The position numbers and the translations under genes are program-made. A model generated the notes under the pieces. It saw nothing but the letters and a program-made list of their open reading frames with translations, was not told where the DNA came from and searched no databases. Below, in pieces: positions 37,852 through 50,200 of a DNA stretch of 64,000 nt. Source of the stretch: a bacterium (GTDB lineage Bacteria > Hinthialibacterota > Hinthialibacteria > Hinthialibacterales > Hinthialibacteraceae). How positions within the stretch are numbered: position 1 is the stretch's first letter; every line of letters starts with the position of its first letter. The DNA is taken from contig CAXXMV010000008.1 in assembly GCA_963662285.2 (NCBI GenBank), positions 992,001 to 1,056,000 of the forward strand. Reading direction: 5' to 3'.

Positions 37852-39789
37852 TTATTCCTGTTTTATTTCATGATCAAAGAATAATCCTTCCAGGTTTTGT
37901 TGAGGAGAAAGAAGATAGACTTCAATTCGATCCAGATTCACCTCCACAGGATATTCCGTATAAGAAGCAACTTGAAAAACAGGCGTGATGATAGAAGCCT
38001 GATCGGGATCATAAGCAACGACCATTATATTATCTTGTTCGATAAATCTCTTTGCGGAAGATGGTATAAGAGTAGCGATTGATCTATCGCTAGATTCACC
38101 GCTAAGCAAATTTCCCTTATAGGCGCCCAAAGCAATCTCGGCTTGATATCCTTTAGCTCGCAGATACGCTTTTAATAAAACAGGATACCCATATGTCTGG
38201 ATTGGTTTAATGGCATAGATGAAATGGACTTGATTGTTTTGGACGTTTATTTTAATTCCTTTTTGATCAAGTGAATTGGAAAATAAATCTACCGGAAAAT
38301 TCGTTATAACAGCGGCGCCTCCCGGTGAATTGACAAAACCTCCGGGAATATCGCCCCAGCCATTCAGTAATAATTCATCTTCATCGAAGTCGTAAACAAC
38401 ATCAGGCGCCGGGTAGGAGTGTTGAGGAATCATCCCGTTGAACGTCTCATCTTGCACCTGAATGACTTTACTATCTTCAATGAATTCACTTCCGTCCGAA
38501 TAAGTGATTTTCCATTTAATTTGATGCGATCCAGCGATATAGAGTCTTATGGGTTCTGTGCGAATTTGTTGGGGATCCGTCGTATCTTTTAGATTGAGGC
38601 TTCCAGGAGATTGAAATAACAAAGACTCGTCAACATATACTTCATACTCAACAGGCATTGTTTTCAAACTTTGGTTGATGACCAATGCTGTAAAGCGTAT
38701 CGGTTCACCTCGTTTAGGTTCGTTGCTGCGCACATCATCTTCTAGAATCCCACCACCATCATCTGTTACGACATAAATTTCTTCGATTTTGGGATCTGAT
38801 ATGGGTACCGGAGTCGGTTCGACGCTAGCTCCTGTGACTGGTAAAGATACCTGTACAATTGATACTCCGCGTAAATCATCATTATCTTCTTCGTTCAGAA
38901 TGAACGATACTTTCATAAGCATTTGAATAAATGTTCCGGCTGGAAAATCTGGAGGAACTTTCAACCTGAATGATTCATGGTTAGTTTGAATCGCATCTGA
39001 CTCGATATTACCGTATTCCCGACTTTGAGTTGATTCTTCAAGAGTAATTCCGGGAGTGTAAATGAATAAATCTCCTTTAGTATGATATCCAGTGATAGGG
39101 CCGATATTTTTTATACCGATTGTAATGTCTGAAGTAGATCCAGTTTCTATAAGATTTGGTTCAATAGAAGAAAATACCATCAGAGGTAAATTAAGTCCTG
39201 ACGCTTCGGACCATTCGATTTTTAATTCATATGCCATTCTAGAAGGGATGATTTCAACATTGGCAGGATCATAATCTGCAGGCTTATAGTTTTCTATTTT
39301 CAAATAATAGGTTCCTATATGGTCTGGATAAAATTCTATATATTCTTTTCGATCTATTCCTTTTCCAGCATTATCTCTAGGATTGTTCAAAATATCAACT
39401 TTTTCACCTAACTCACCATTTTTTGATGTAAAAAGCGTTAAAACAGTATCGCAATCTTCACCCAAATTAGTTACCGTAATCGCAATTACTCTCGTGGCTT
39501 GAATGATGGCAATTTTACACCAATCAACATCGAGCGGAGAATGAAAATTATGATATTGAATCACCCCTGCTGAAATTGTGTTGCGCGTGGCAGAGGTATC
39601 GTCCATATATATAGAATTGAAAAAATCATATTCATCCGGCCCGTTGGGATCAATATCCACACCCAAAAGAGTATTTCCATTTTCGGATGATTGAGAATAT
39701 GCGTTATTTCCCGCTGTTGGAACGGAAAAAGCGAGTATTAATAATAAGAAGATAATGCTACTTTGAATTTTCATCGAATAATTCTCCAA
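37852..39789 (-). CDS. Secreted paralog of 32798-35110 (PPC-like + Ig-like + shared C-terminal domain)
   Basis: Shares GPDxYD...MDDT, HNFxSxxDVDW, DILxNPRxNAGxG, YYLKIEN and the GWxxIPGGF...DRIE C-terminal domain. Confidence 0.78.
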   Translation of the reverse strand: MENYSMKIQSSIIFLLLILAFSVPTAGNNAYSQSSENGNTLLGVDIDPNGPDEYDFFNSIYMDDTSATRNTISAGVIQYHNFHSPLDVDWCKIAIIQATRVIAITVTNLGEDCDTVLTLFTSKNGELGEKVDILNNPRDNAGKGIDRKEYIEFYPDHIGTYYLKIENYKPADYDPANVEIIPSRMAYELKIEWSEASGLNLPLMVFSSIEPNLIETGSTSDITIGIKNIGPITGYHTKGDLFIYTPGITLEESTQSREYGNIESDAIQTNHESFRLKVPPDFPAGTFIQMLMKVSFILNEEDNDDLRGVSIVQVSLPVTGASVEPTPVPISDPKIEEIYVVTDDGGGILEDDVRSNEPKRGEPIRFTALVINQSLKTMPVEYEVYVDESLLFQSPGSLNLKDTTDPQQIRTEPIRLYIAGSHQIKWKITYSDGSEFIEDSKVIQVQDETFNGMIPQHSYPAPDVVYDFDEDELLLNGWGDIPGGFVNSPGGAAVITNFPVDLFSNSLDQKGIKINVQNNQVHFIYAIKPIQTYGYPVLLKAYLRAKGYQAEIALGAYKGNLLSGESSDRSIATLIPSSAKRFIEQDNIMVVAYDPDQASIITPVFQVASYTEYPVEVNLDRIEVYLLSPQQNLEGLFFDHEIKQE

Positions 39790-39873
39790 TCAATTTTTTG
39801 AGTTTCTATCAAATTACCAATATTTATAATATATATAAAATTAAATACTTATTGATAAGACATTAGTGTATTG

Positions 39874-42800
39874 TTATTCGTATTGATTCCAATTTTCAAC
39901 TACTGTATTTTCACTGCCTTGATATGACAATATCGCTGCTTCGGGTTTTGCATGTTGTCCCTTATAATATTCTGCTTGATATAACAGTAAGTAGTCGCCA
40001 TTTTTATGTAAAGCGTCTTTACCAATTTCACTTGACCAAATCCAACTATCATTTTCGCGGAATAATTCAATTTCTAATTTTTGAACAGAAGAAATTTTTT
40101 CAGATAAATAAGGTATAATAGTAATCCATACTTTTTGAGGCGCTATCGATTGAACCAATTTTACCTGGACTCTAAATGTTGGAGACGTCACAGGTTCAGG
40201 AAAGTCCGATACAGATATTATTGCAGGAAGAGCTTCATCATCTTCTCCTGCAAAGACGCCTTTCTTACCGAAATACCAAGTCCTCGATTTATTATCATCT
40301 TTATCATATTTCCCATCTCCATTTTCATCTAATATGGGTACAGTTGATTTGTATGTGTCTGTATATTTTGCTTTACAATAATCATAACTATTATATAAAT
40401 TATCCCCTTGTCTTGCTATGTGAAATAAATTCCAACTAAACAAATGATAGAGTTCTCGATAATTCATGAAGCATTCCTTTGAGGGCTCGGTGCTAGAAAT
40501 TACAATTCGACGATCTGATGAATCCAGACGATTAGCATATGCAAACAGACCTGAATAATCAGATTCTACTACCAGCAAGACTTCAAGATTTGAATTATTT
40601 GATTGAATATCATTGAGTTTTAAAATAACATTTGTAGCCGACAGTATATTCCCCGGTGAAAGTTCGAGCGTTCCATCTTGTTCGCCTTTACCAATAAGGT
40701 ATAAAAAAAGTCTCATTGGATTAGATGTATCTTCAACTTGAACAATATCATCCAATCTCTTGTAGAATTCATCCGTGGTTATTGAAAAGTCACGGCCAAT
40801 AATATTAATATTATTATCGAGAAAACCTCGATCTACGCAGGTTTCTTCAATATTAGTTATTACTTCTGAAACAAAATTGCTGTATTCCGGCCATCCTCCA
40901 CCAACCAGTAATGCCCGGTTGATGCGCTTATCATCTTCCGATATTTCACTTCCAATTTGAATTGTAGTCGTACGTGGACGGGAACGCCATCCGTGATCTA
41001 AATGTGCGGTAAAACTGACAGAATAAATTCCTTTTTCTTTTAATTCTCCTGATGGAGCTGACCATAATCTAGTATTATCGTCGTCTTGTTTTAGTGAAAT
41101 TATACTAATCTCGGGGTTTTCTGTCTCATTAACTGTGGCCGCAGAAGGAGGACGTATAATTGCTTGAACTTCTTTTGGTTTTATCCCCGGGATCATAGTT
41201 GCAATTAATTCTACTTTATTATTATCCGGATCAGTAACAGGAGGTAGAACGCTCTCTATCGCAATAAGATTGCCTTGAGAGTGTCCGGCATATATCCAAC
41301 TACGACCGAAGAAATTTCTCCCCATATTATTTCCATCAACACCCATAGTCATGATGCCATCAGAATTATCGTCAATTTGCGGTTCCTGCATTACATCTTT
41401 ATTTAATATTAACGAACTTGTTAAATATGAACTAGCAATATTGAACGATTCCTTTATGCTGGCGCCCATATATGCTGCATCCCAAAATAGTGAACTAAAC
41501 GAAGTGAGTGAAGGAGGGCCAAGTATTATAGATGGTTGTACTGCCGAACTACTGGCAATCACCATACGCTTTGATTGATTTTGAGGCGTACATTTCTGAA
41601 CGAATCCTCCAGAATAACAAGTCTCTACGATCAAGGTGACATCATTATCAACCGTTGATGCATCCAGCCATGAATCAAGTTCTGTTGCAGACAACCTTTC
41701 TTCATCAATCAGAAAAAAATATTCTATTACATTCTTTTCATCACTGGTATCCTGTTCTGAGCCATGATCGATCAGATATATCAGAAAACGCCGTCCTGGA
41801 GAGATTAAGTCTTTATCTCCCCAATTAATGGCATTTTTAATTGTATCTTCACTCGCAATATCAGATACATCAGATTTTCCATCGCTGTCTGCATCTTGAT
41901 TAAAATATTCATGTTTAAAATCACTATATTCAATTACTGGAGGAATTGCAGATAACCATTGAACATCCTCTTTTTGATATCCGCGTTTCATACACATCCA
42001 ATATAAAGTTTTTGCGAGAGCATGTGTTTGAGGAATTATACTATCTTTTAGATCATGTTTTCTTCCAGAAACAATCAGTACTCTTGGTTCATCGATTTCC
42101 CATAGCCAGATTGTTCCATTATGGCTGCCTATAATATTTCGATAATCATTGGAGAATGTTACATTTATACTGCCTTCCGCCTTTGTCCCGAAAGTCCGCA
42201 GTACAGTTTGTGTTTCTATATCCCAAATGCGGGCTATTCCATCTTCACAACCAGTCAAAACTCTCTTGCCGTCTAATGAGATAGAGGATGATGTAACAAA
42301 ATCCGGATGTTCGAAAGTTACAACCGTTTCTGTTTTGACTTTGTTATTTTCTAAATCCCATAATTTTGTAGTTGCATCCCAACTTCCCGACAGAATCCGG
42401 TTCATCTCCCGGTTCATGGATAATGATTTAACAAAAAACGAGTGACCGTTCCAAGAGTCTATATATTCACCAGTTTCGACATCCCATAATGTGATATCGC
42501 CCCATTCCGTTCCTGTTAAAAGCATCTTGTTATCTGGAGAGAACGCTACTGCGGTGACTGCAGAATCATGCACTACATTGAATTTCTCTGATTGATTCGT
42601 CAAATCCCATAACCGTGCAGTCATGTCATAACCACCGGTAATAAGACGAGTCCCATCTGTATTTATCGCAAAAGATTCAGCGTTATGACCGGTGTTGGCG
42701 CTCCATTGGAAAGTGAAAATTTCTTCAAAAGTAATCTCTTCTTCATTTGTTTGCAGTTTCCATTTAGTTAATTCTTCGCTGGTTCCTGCGAGTAAGTGAT

Positions 42801-44184
42801 TATCATTTGTAAAGAAAATAAATTGCGCTACAGGTTGTCTCCATGAGTTGGTAAGTATACGTTGGCGAATTTCACCACTCTTGGGATCGCGGATTTGTAT
42901 CTCTTTACTATCTGCAATCGCCAGCAACATCCCGTCTGGAGAGACATCAAAAACCAGGTTTTCTCCTAAATGACCATGAAAAATAAGTTGTTCGGTTCCA
43001 CTATTCACTTCCCAGGATTTTATCTTCATATCGGTGCTCCAAGTCAGGCATTCATTACCATTCTTGGAAAAACCTGCCGGGATTACAATATATCCTGTAT
43101 GACCAATATATTGCTGTTCAATATTCCGGGTTTGAATATCAAGCAAATAGGCTGTTTCGTTCTTGCTTCCAACGAGTAGTTTTGTTCCATCCGGCGTGAA
43201 CCGAACCGCATATGGATATTGAGTGGAATCTCTCTGTAGTCGGTTTCTAGATGAATCCCTATCTTCTGATATTTTCGCACTGACAGTTATGGAATTCGGT
43301 GAATTATTAAAATGACCGGAAGGGATAATAGTGTCTGATTGATATGTTTCCAGGTTCCAAAGAACGATGCGTCCGCTCTCTTCAAGCGTAAGGAGAGTGC
43401 TTCCATCAGGAGAGAAGGTTACGAAATTAACTTTATCCGTAAATTCATTAAATTGATGAATAAGATCACCTGTACTGGCATTCCAAACATTAGCTACTCC
43501 GGAAACATAAGAACCTTTAGGATCTGTAAACGACGCATACCCGATACTACATGTAGCGATCATGCTGCCGTCAGTTGAATAATCAACTGCATTAACCGAA
43601 CCGGTATGTTGTTCTAATACATGAAGTAATTCTCCTGATGATACATTCCAAATTTTGGCAGTCCCTTGAATAACTTCTCCCGTATCCAGATATAGATCAG
43701 TAAAGGATTCACCCGATACGATGAACTCTCCATCAGGTGAAATGTCAACGGCGTTAACTTCTTTTAAATGTTCACCGAAAGTGTTGATTAACTGCCCGGT
43801 TGCAACATCCCATACTTTGGCTGTTTTATCCCAACTTCCGGTTACGAGTTTGTTCCCATCTTCAGAGAAAGCCAGAGTTTCCACTGAATTCGTATGTCCG
43901 GTGAAACGGCGTAAGATTATTCCGGTCTCAGTGTTCCACAGCGTCGCCCATCCGCTTTTACTTCCTGTCGCAAGATATTTCCCATTAGATGAAACCGCGG
44001 CGCAGCGTATGGCGCCTTCTGAAAAAACCTGTAATGGCGGGTATATTTCTGCGCTTGTTGTAAGAGAGAACCAAACGCTCATGACTACCAAAGGTAGAAG
44101 GAAATAGAATATTCGTAAACTCGCTGTTGATGAATTATTTTGGCTTCTATAATACACTAAATACGAAAATCCAAGAGAATGCAT
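39874..44184 (-). CDS. WD40-repeat protein with one active and one inactive C13/caspase-like (clan CD) domain; VxxWxxY C-terminus
   Basis: Many WD40 repeats (GHTNSVETLAFSEDGNKLVTGSWDKTAKVWD); domain 1 FLIYLIDHG...IVETCYSG; domain 2 LYLIGKG...VVESDYSG; ends TVVENWNQYE. Confidence 0.85.
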   Translation of the reverse strand: MHSLGFSYLVYYRSQNNSSTASLRIFYFLLPLVVMSVWFSLTTSAEIYPPLQVFSEGAIRCAAVSSNGKYLATGSKSGWATLWNTETGIILRRFTGHTNSVETLAFSEDGNKLVTGSWDKTAKVWDVATGQLINTFGEHLKEVNAVDISPDGEFIVSGESFTDLYLDTGEVIQGTAKIWNVSSGELLHVLEQHTGSVNAVDYSTDGSMIATCSIGYASFTDPKGSYVSGVANVWNASTGDLIHQFNEFTDKVNFVTFSPDGSTLLTLEESGRIVLWNLETYQSDTIIPSGHFNNSPNSITVSAKISEDRDSSRNRLQRDSTQYPYAVRFTPDGTKLLVGSKNETAYLLDIQTRNIEQQYIGHTGYIVIPAGFSKNGNECLTWSTDMKIKSWEVNSGTEQLIFHGHLGENLVFDVSPDGMLLAIADSKEIQIRDPKSGEIRQRILTNSWRQPVAQFIFFTNDNHLLAGTSEELTKWKLQTNEEEITFEEIFTFQWSANTGHNAESFAINTDGTRLITGGYDMTARLWDLTNQSEKFNVVHDSAVTAVAFSPDNKMLLTGTEWGDITLWDVETGEYIDSWNGHSFFVKSLSMNREMNRILSGSWDATTKLWDLENNKVKTETVVTFEHPDFVTSSSISLDGKRVLTGCEDGIARIWDIETQTVLRTFGTKAEGSINVTFSNDYRNIIGSHNGTIWLWEIDEPRVLIVSGRKHDLKDSIIPQTHALAKTLYWMCMKRGYQKEDVQWLSAIPPVIEYSDFKHEYFNQDADSDGKSDVSDIASEDTIKNAINWGDKDLISPGRRFLIYLIDHGSEQDTSDEKNVIEYFFLIDEERLSATELDSWLDASTVDNDVTLIVETCYSGGFVQKCTPQNQSKRMVIASSSAVQPSIILGPPSLTSFSSLFWDAAYMGASIKESFNIASSYLTSSLILNKDVMQEPQIDDNSDGIMTMGVDGNNMGRNFFGRSWIYAGHSQGNLIAIESVLPPVTDPDNNKVELIATMIPGIKPKEVQAIIRPPSAATVNETENPEISIISLKQDDDNTRLWSAPSGELKEKGIYSVSFTAHLDHGWRSRPRTTTIQIGSEISEDDKRINRALLVGGGWPEYSNFVSEVITNIEETCVDRGFLDNNINIIGRDFSITTDEFYKRLDDIVQVEDTSNPMRLFLYLIGKGEQDGTLELSPGNILSATNVILKLNDIQSNNSNLEVLLVVESDYSGLFAYANRLDSSDRRIVISSTEPSKECFMNYRELYHLFSWNLFHIARQGDNLYNSYDYCKAKYTDTYKSTVPILDENGDGKYDKDDNKSRTWYFGKKGVFAGEDDEALPAIISVSDFPEPVTSPTFRVQVKLVQSIAPQKVWITIIPYLSEKISSVQKLEIELFRENDSWIWSSEIGKDALHKNGDYLLLYQAEYYKGQHAKPEAAILSYQGSENTVVENWNQYE

Positions 44185-44263
44185 TTTTCTTCTCCCAGTT
44201 ACTATTTGATTGTCTCAACATGCAAAATTATAGGGACTGAATATTTACATCTTTTATTCTGAT

Positions 44264-47220
44264 TTATTCTCCATTGAATAATGAGCCGGGATAGTATAAA
44301 CCGGATTTCAGTTTGTATATTTCCATGCGATCAATATATAGAATCGCTTGTCCATTTCCTGACTTGTTCGTCGTTTGAATTCCTGGAGTAATCAACGTTC
44401 CCGAATCTGGCTCATAAAGAAGAATAATCGTCTTCTCTGAATTCGAATAATCATAGGATTGAGATAGGTAATTATAACCCTTCGATCCATCAACATTTTC
44501 GCCTGTAGCAACATTCCCTTTGAGGCCAATCAACCAGTTAGAGACATTTGAAGAACTGGCCTGAACCTTCATACGCATTAAAACTGGTTCGTTCTCAACC
44601 GATATAGGCAATGCGGAGAATATCAGCGCCAGTTCATCTTTATCCATAGAAACTGCAAGTCCTTTACGGTCTAAGCTTGAAGGCAAAATATTGTAATTAT
44701 TACCAAAGTCGACTAAATCAATAGAACCGGGATTAGCGCCTTCAAAGCCTCCTGGAATTTCTAACCATTGTGACGCGCCATCGAATTCATAAACCGCATC
44801 CGGCTGAAAACTTGTTTGCGCTGTTTGGCTGTTAGGCTGGGTCTCAATCATCGTGAACAGTTCGCTTGGATATGATTTGGTTGGATCGATTTCATATATT
44901 TCAACTCGGTCGATCCAGACAGTGGTTGCGCTATCTCCATTTCCTTGAACTTGAATTACCGGAGTTACTGGTTCTTCGCCGATGGGATTATACAAAAGAA
45001 TATTGCGCTTCTCTTGAGCGAGAAAAGCGCTGGCCGTCATGGCGTTAGTTAAAGTCAACGAACCGTCTACCTGTTCAGTTTTACTCAAATCGCCTTTCAA
45101 TCCGACGCACCAAATGGCGGCATTTTGCGAGGTGGAACGCATCATGGCTCGGAGCAATATTGGACTACCGTTGGTCTGAATTGGAGTTGTGGCGTAAACG
45201 AAAGCCACTTGTCCCGGTTCAACCTGGATGGCCATTCCTTTTTGATCCTGGCTGGAAGGTATGATGCTTGGATTGTTAAAACCTTGCATCGATATCCTTC
45301 CCGGGATCGCTCCGGAAAAACCACCTGGAATTTCCGCCCAACCGGATTCAGCCAAACCGCTTTCACCGAACTCATAAGTTTGCATCGGCGCAATTACATC
45401 AATCGAGGTTATCGCTGGCGCCGTTGAGTTATCAGTATTGTCTTGTACGAGCATGCTCAATGTATATTGTCCATTAGAAGCATTTTCTCCGAATGGCTCG
45501 ATGGGGAAATTCTCAACATGTATATCCAACTCGTCGCTATCAGGTAGATACGTCGCTGGAATTTCATAACTAATGGATGTTCCAAATTCTGTGATTCGAA
45601 CTGATAGAATCACATCTTCACCGCTGCTGTCTTTATCCTCTTCCTCTTCATCCCTAATTTTAACCTTGAGATGCAACGTTCCACCGCGTAATATTTTCAT
45701 CGAATCGGGGACTTCTTCGATTCGTGGAGGCAGGTTGTCCGCCATCGGTTCGTTTTCCGGCGTATATGCCGTACCAAGCACTAGCGAGGCGAACGGTTCG
45801 GAAAGGTCGTTTTCCAATGGAACGGGGATTTGTTGAATATTCGGTTCCTGAATTCTTCGCAAATGCTTGCGGGAATAGGCAAGTGAATCCCGGATGGTTT
45901 TTCCTCTCATCAATCCATCAAAGAAAAGATCGGAAAATGAGAATGGCTGCCCTTCATCCGATACGCTGAAGATGGCAATGCTGTCTTCGCTCGAACCGGT
46001 GCTGGCGATAACTTCCAAATTCGCTTGCGTGGTAAAATTCTCTTTTATTACGCCTGCTTGATGAGTATCAATAATCAGTAGAGTATGTTTTGTCGCATCC
46101 TGGAGGCGTTCGTCGAGAAGACTTCTCAAAGAATCGCCTGTGAGGCTTTCGTTTGACGATAAGTCGAAAAATCCATTATCACCGTCGCCAACCAGATAGA
46201 GAAGAAGATAATCGGCCATACTGGCATTGGAGATAGCGGCCGCCAGCGACTGATTACTTGCTCTTTGCCCGATGGAAGGATCAACGGGAACGGGGGCCAG
46301 GTATTGAACGGATTCTATATCAAAACGCCGTTCGAAGATCAGATTTTCATACAGCGATGAAGTCAGATTATAGATGGCATTTGTGCTGATGGTTTTGCCT
46401 TGCGCCCCACCAACAATAATAACTTGCCCACAAAAGATTTTAGATTGATCGCCATCAGTAGATGCAATCATATTCAATTGACGACTGCTTCGTTTTCCAG
46501 CAATTGGATTCGAGGCGCCGACGCGCAAATAAAGCGGCTCACTGACGGCGTTGAACGGATTATCACGAGTTCCGCTTTTATAAAAGGCTTCGATTTTCCA
46601 TGGCGCGTCATTTGAATCAAGAACTAACTGATCTGAATGGCGAATCTCAAATTCCGTATCGAAATATCCCCCGCGTTTAGAGACTTCGACATTCGGATGA
46701 ATCTCAGGCGCAAACTCCCCCGGTCGTAAAGCGCTGACTGTGATATATCGAATTGCGGGATTATTATAAATCTGGCCTTTGATTTTAACTGTTTGACCGA
46801 CGGTTTCTTCTCCTTTAGAAGTGGAACGTAGATCTATTTGATAAGGTTCCCTTGGAACGGGATCTTTTAAGATCATTGCTCCCCGAGGAAGGATATTGAT
46901 ATAAGCTGTTTCTTCTACGGATTTGCTCTTGGGAGTGAGCGCTTGGATAACAAGTTCTTCGACGCTATATCCATCAGCGTTATCAAATATTCCAGCATCC
47001 GATTTTGGAGTCAGGATAAGCGTGGCGCGGCTGGGCGGCACGACGGAATTGGGGAAGATTCGGGCGTCAAAATCGCTAGGGATTTCCTTAAGTTGCAGAC
47101 GAACTTTATCATTAAATCCATTGAGTCCCTCCACTATAACCTGGAACGATACGCTTTTTCCGCTGCACCTACGTAAGATTTCTTTGGTTGTTATGTGAAC
47201 GCCTGGCTCGTTTGATGTAA
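44264..47220 (-). repeat. Right arm of ~3 kb inverted duplication (partner ~28840-31799)
   Basis: Both genes end ...YKLKSGLYYPGSLFNGE with near-identical DNA over 44264-46015. Confidence 0.93.
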
Positions 47221-50200
47221 CCTCTGGCGTTGGAGTCGGTAATGGTTCCGGCGTTTTTGTTGGCGTTGGAGTAGGCCAGTCTTCAATAGTCGGAGTCTGA
47301 GTCGGCTTTGGCTGTGATTCATCAACAAGTCCACTGCCCTGCGCTATATAAGGAAGAGCATAATTAGAACCGTAAATAGTACCTTGATCAGGCGACAACG
47401 TTCGGGAAAAAGCAAGATGGAAATCATCTTCCGAATCACTATTGATTCGATAAAAGCCCTCGATAGTTAATCCGTTATTTGATACTTTGCATCGGGTATC
47501 AATTATAACGGTATCTGGATTGTAACCTTCCAGAAGATCGGGATTATTATCATCTTCCAGCAATTCCCAATAATACTTATTAACGCCTGACTCATAATTG
47601 TTATCGAGCGTCGCATTGAGCCTCAATGCGTTATGATAGGCTTTTCCGTTCATCAATCCACTGAACCAGGAGATGCGGAAACTGCTTGTAAAGAATCCCA
47701 ATTGACTGCTACTGCAACCTACTCCAAAACCATAGTAATACTGTTGTTGATTCATGTTTTTGAAATTTGAAAATCGGGCAGTCATTTCCCATTCTTTTGA
47801 ACCATTGGGTGTAGAACTTGTACTAAATAAATAAGCGGTGCCCAGTGTAACTGCATCATCTTCCGCTTGTGGAGTCCAGACGCGATATGCCCCATCAATC
47901 AGTCCAGCCCTGAGATCACGCTGTGGATTATAAAGCCAAGAGTAAACAGAATCTGATTCAGTACTCGGAGCGGAGCGAATAGATTCTGAGGGAAGAATAA
48001 CTTGTCCATTATCATTCATTTGCCCTGAAGAGAAATCATAATAGATGTCTCGTCCAACATTATCTTCATATTTGATCCAATCAACATCGCATATAAATGA
48101 ATCTTGAGGAATTTCAATCGAGAGCGTAGGTATTGGCGTTGGTTCTATCCCATCAGTCCTGGACACACGAAATCCATTGATGTTGCCCGTGTAGATAGGG
48201 CTGTCGCTGTTACGATACGCCGAACGACAGTCCCCGGCGTAGTTGCTCCAGATACCGCCACGAATAACCCTATAATTACCTGAGTTAGTAACTATGGGGT
48301 CGGTTATAGGCGTAGAAGGATAGTCACTATACCAATCCTGACACCACTCCCACACATTACCGCTCATGTCAAACAGGCCCCAAGGATTAGATAATTTCGT
48401 AGCTACTTCTTTGGCGCCATTGACGATGTTGTTACCGCTATACCAGGCGTAATCTTCGATTTGCGTATAGTTAGGATCATCTCCCCAATAAAAGCGTTCT
48501 GTCGTTCCCGCACGGCAGGCGTATTCCCACTCTGCCTCTGTGGGTAAACGAAACGTTCCCAGGCCCATCTGGTTCAGTTTAGTAATGAACTCCTGGCAAT
48601 CATTCCATGAGACATAATAAACCGGATAGTTTGGACCCACTCCATAATTTCTGGCAGGATTGTTTCCCATCACCGCTTCCCATTGGGCTTGAGTGATTTC
48701 ATACTTCCCAATGTAGAAATCATGCGTAAGAGTGACTTGATGCTGCGTCTCGTCAGAACCACGATTCCTCTCACTTGAAGGCGATCCCATCATAAACGTC
48801 CCCGCCGGGATCAAAACCATCTCCAGCGGTTTGGCGCCTTCGGGGAGGTTGGGGATGTTAACTGTGATACTTTCAATAACCAGCTTTGGTGTGGGCGTCG
48901 GTGGAACCGGAGTATTGGTGAAAGTCGGCGTAGTGGTATTGGTCGGCTTTGGTTCATTCTCATAAGTCCTGCACAAACGAAACCCACTTCCACTGTACGT
49001 GCTGACAGGGTTCTCGTAGTCGTTACGAACCGCCGAACGACAGTACCTAGCCATGTTGTACCAGCTGCCGCCCCGAAGAACCCTATAATTACCTGAGTTA
49101 GTAATAATGGGATCGATCTTAGGCGTGGAGGAATAGCCGCTATACGTATCTTGACACCACTCATATACGTTGCCGATCATGTCAAACAAACCCCAGGGAT
49201 TTGGCAATTTAGTAGCTACTTCTTTGGAGCCATTGACGCTGTTGTTACCGGTATACCAGGCGTAATCTTCGATTTGCGTATAGTTAGGATCATCTCCCCA
49301 ATAAAAGCGTTCTGTAGTTCCCGCACGGCAGGCGTATTCCCACTCTGCCTCTGTGGGTAGACGAAATGTTCCTTGGCTCATCTGGTTCAGTTTAGTAATG
49401 AACTTCTGACAATCGTTCCATAAGACTTGTTCAACTGGATTATTTGGCTTTCCACTAAAATATGAGGGATTGTTTCCCATCACCGCTTCCCATTGCGCTT
49501 GAGTCACTTCATATTTCCCAATGTAGAAATCCTGCGTAAGAGTGACTTGATGCTGCGTCTCGTCAGAATTACGATCCTGCTCACTTGAAGGCGATCCCAT
49601 CATAAACGTCCCTGCTGGTATCAACACCATCTCCAGCGGTTTGGCGCCTTCGGGGAGATTGGGGATGTCAACGGTGATGATTTCTATATCTATCGTAGGA
49701 GTGGGCGTCGGTGGAACCTGGGTGTTGGTAGGCATCGGCGTGGGGGTTTTGGTCGGAGTTGGCATTGGCGTATTAGTAGGTACAACAGGCGTTGGCGTTG
49801 GTTCTATCTCAGCAGTTCTGGAGATACGAAACCCAACGTAGTAGTACGTGTAGTCAGGGTAGACGTTGATACGATCCGCCGAACGACATTGCCAGGCGTC
49901 GTTGCACCAGCTGCCGCCGCGAAGAACCCTAAAGTTACCTGAGTTAGTGACAACAGGATCGATCTCAGGCGTGGAGGAATAGCCGCTATACGTATCCTGA
50001 CACCACTCATTCACGTTTCCGCTCATGTCAAACAAACCCCAGGGATTTGGCAATTTCGTACCAACCTCTTTGGTTCCAGATGGACTGTTGTTGCCGGAAT
50101 ACCAAGCGTAGTCATTGATCTGTGAATAATAGAGATCATCTCCCCAATAAAAGCGTTCTGTAGTTCCCGCACGGCAGGCGTACTCCCACTCTGCCTCTGT

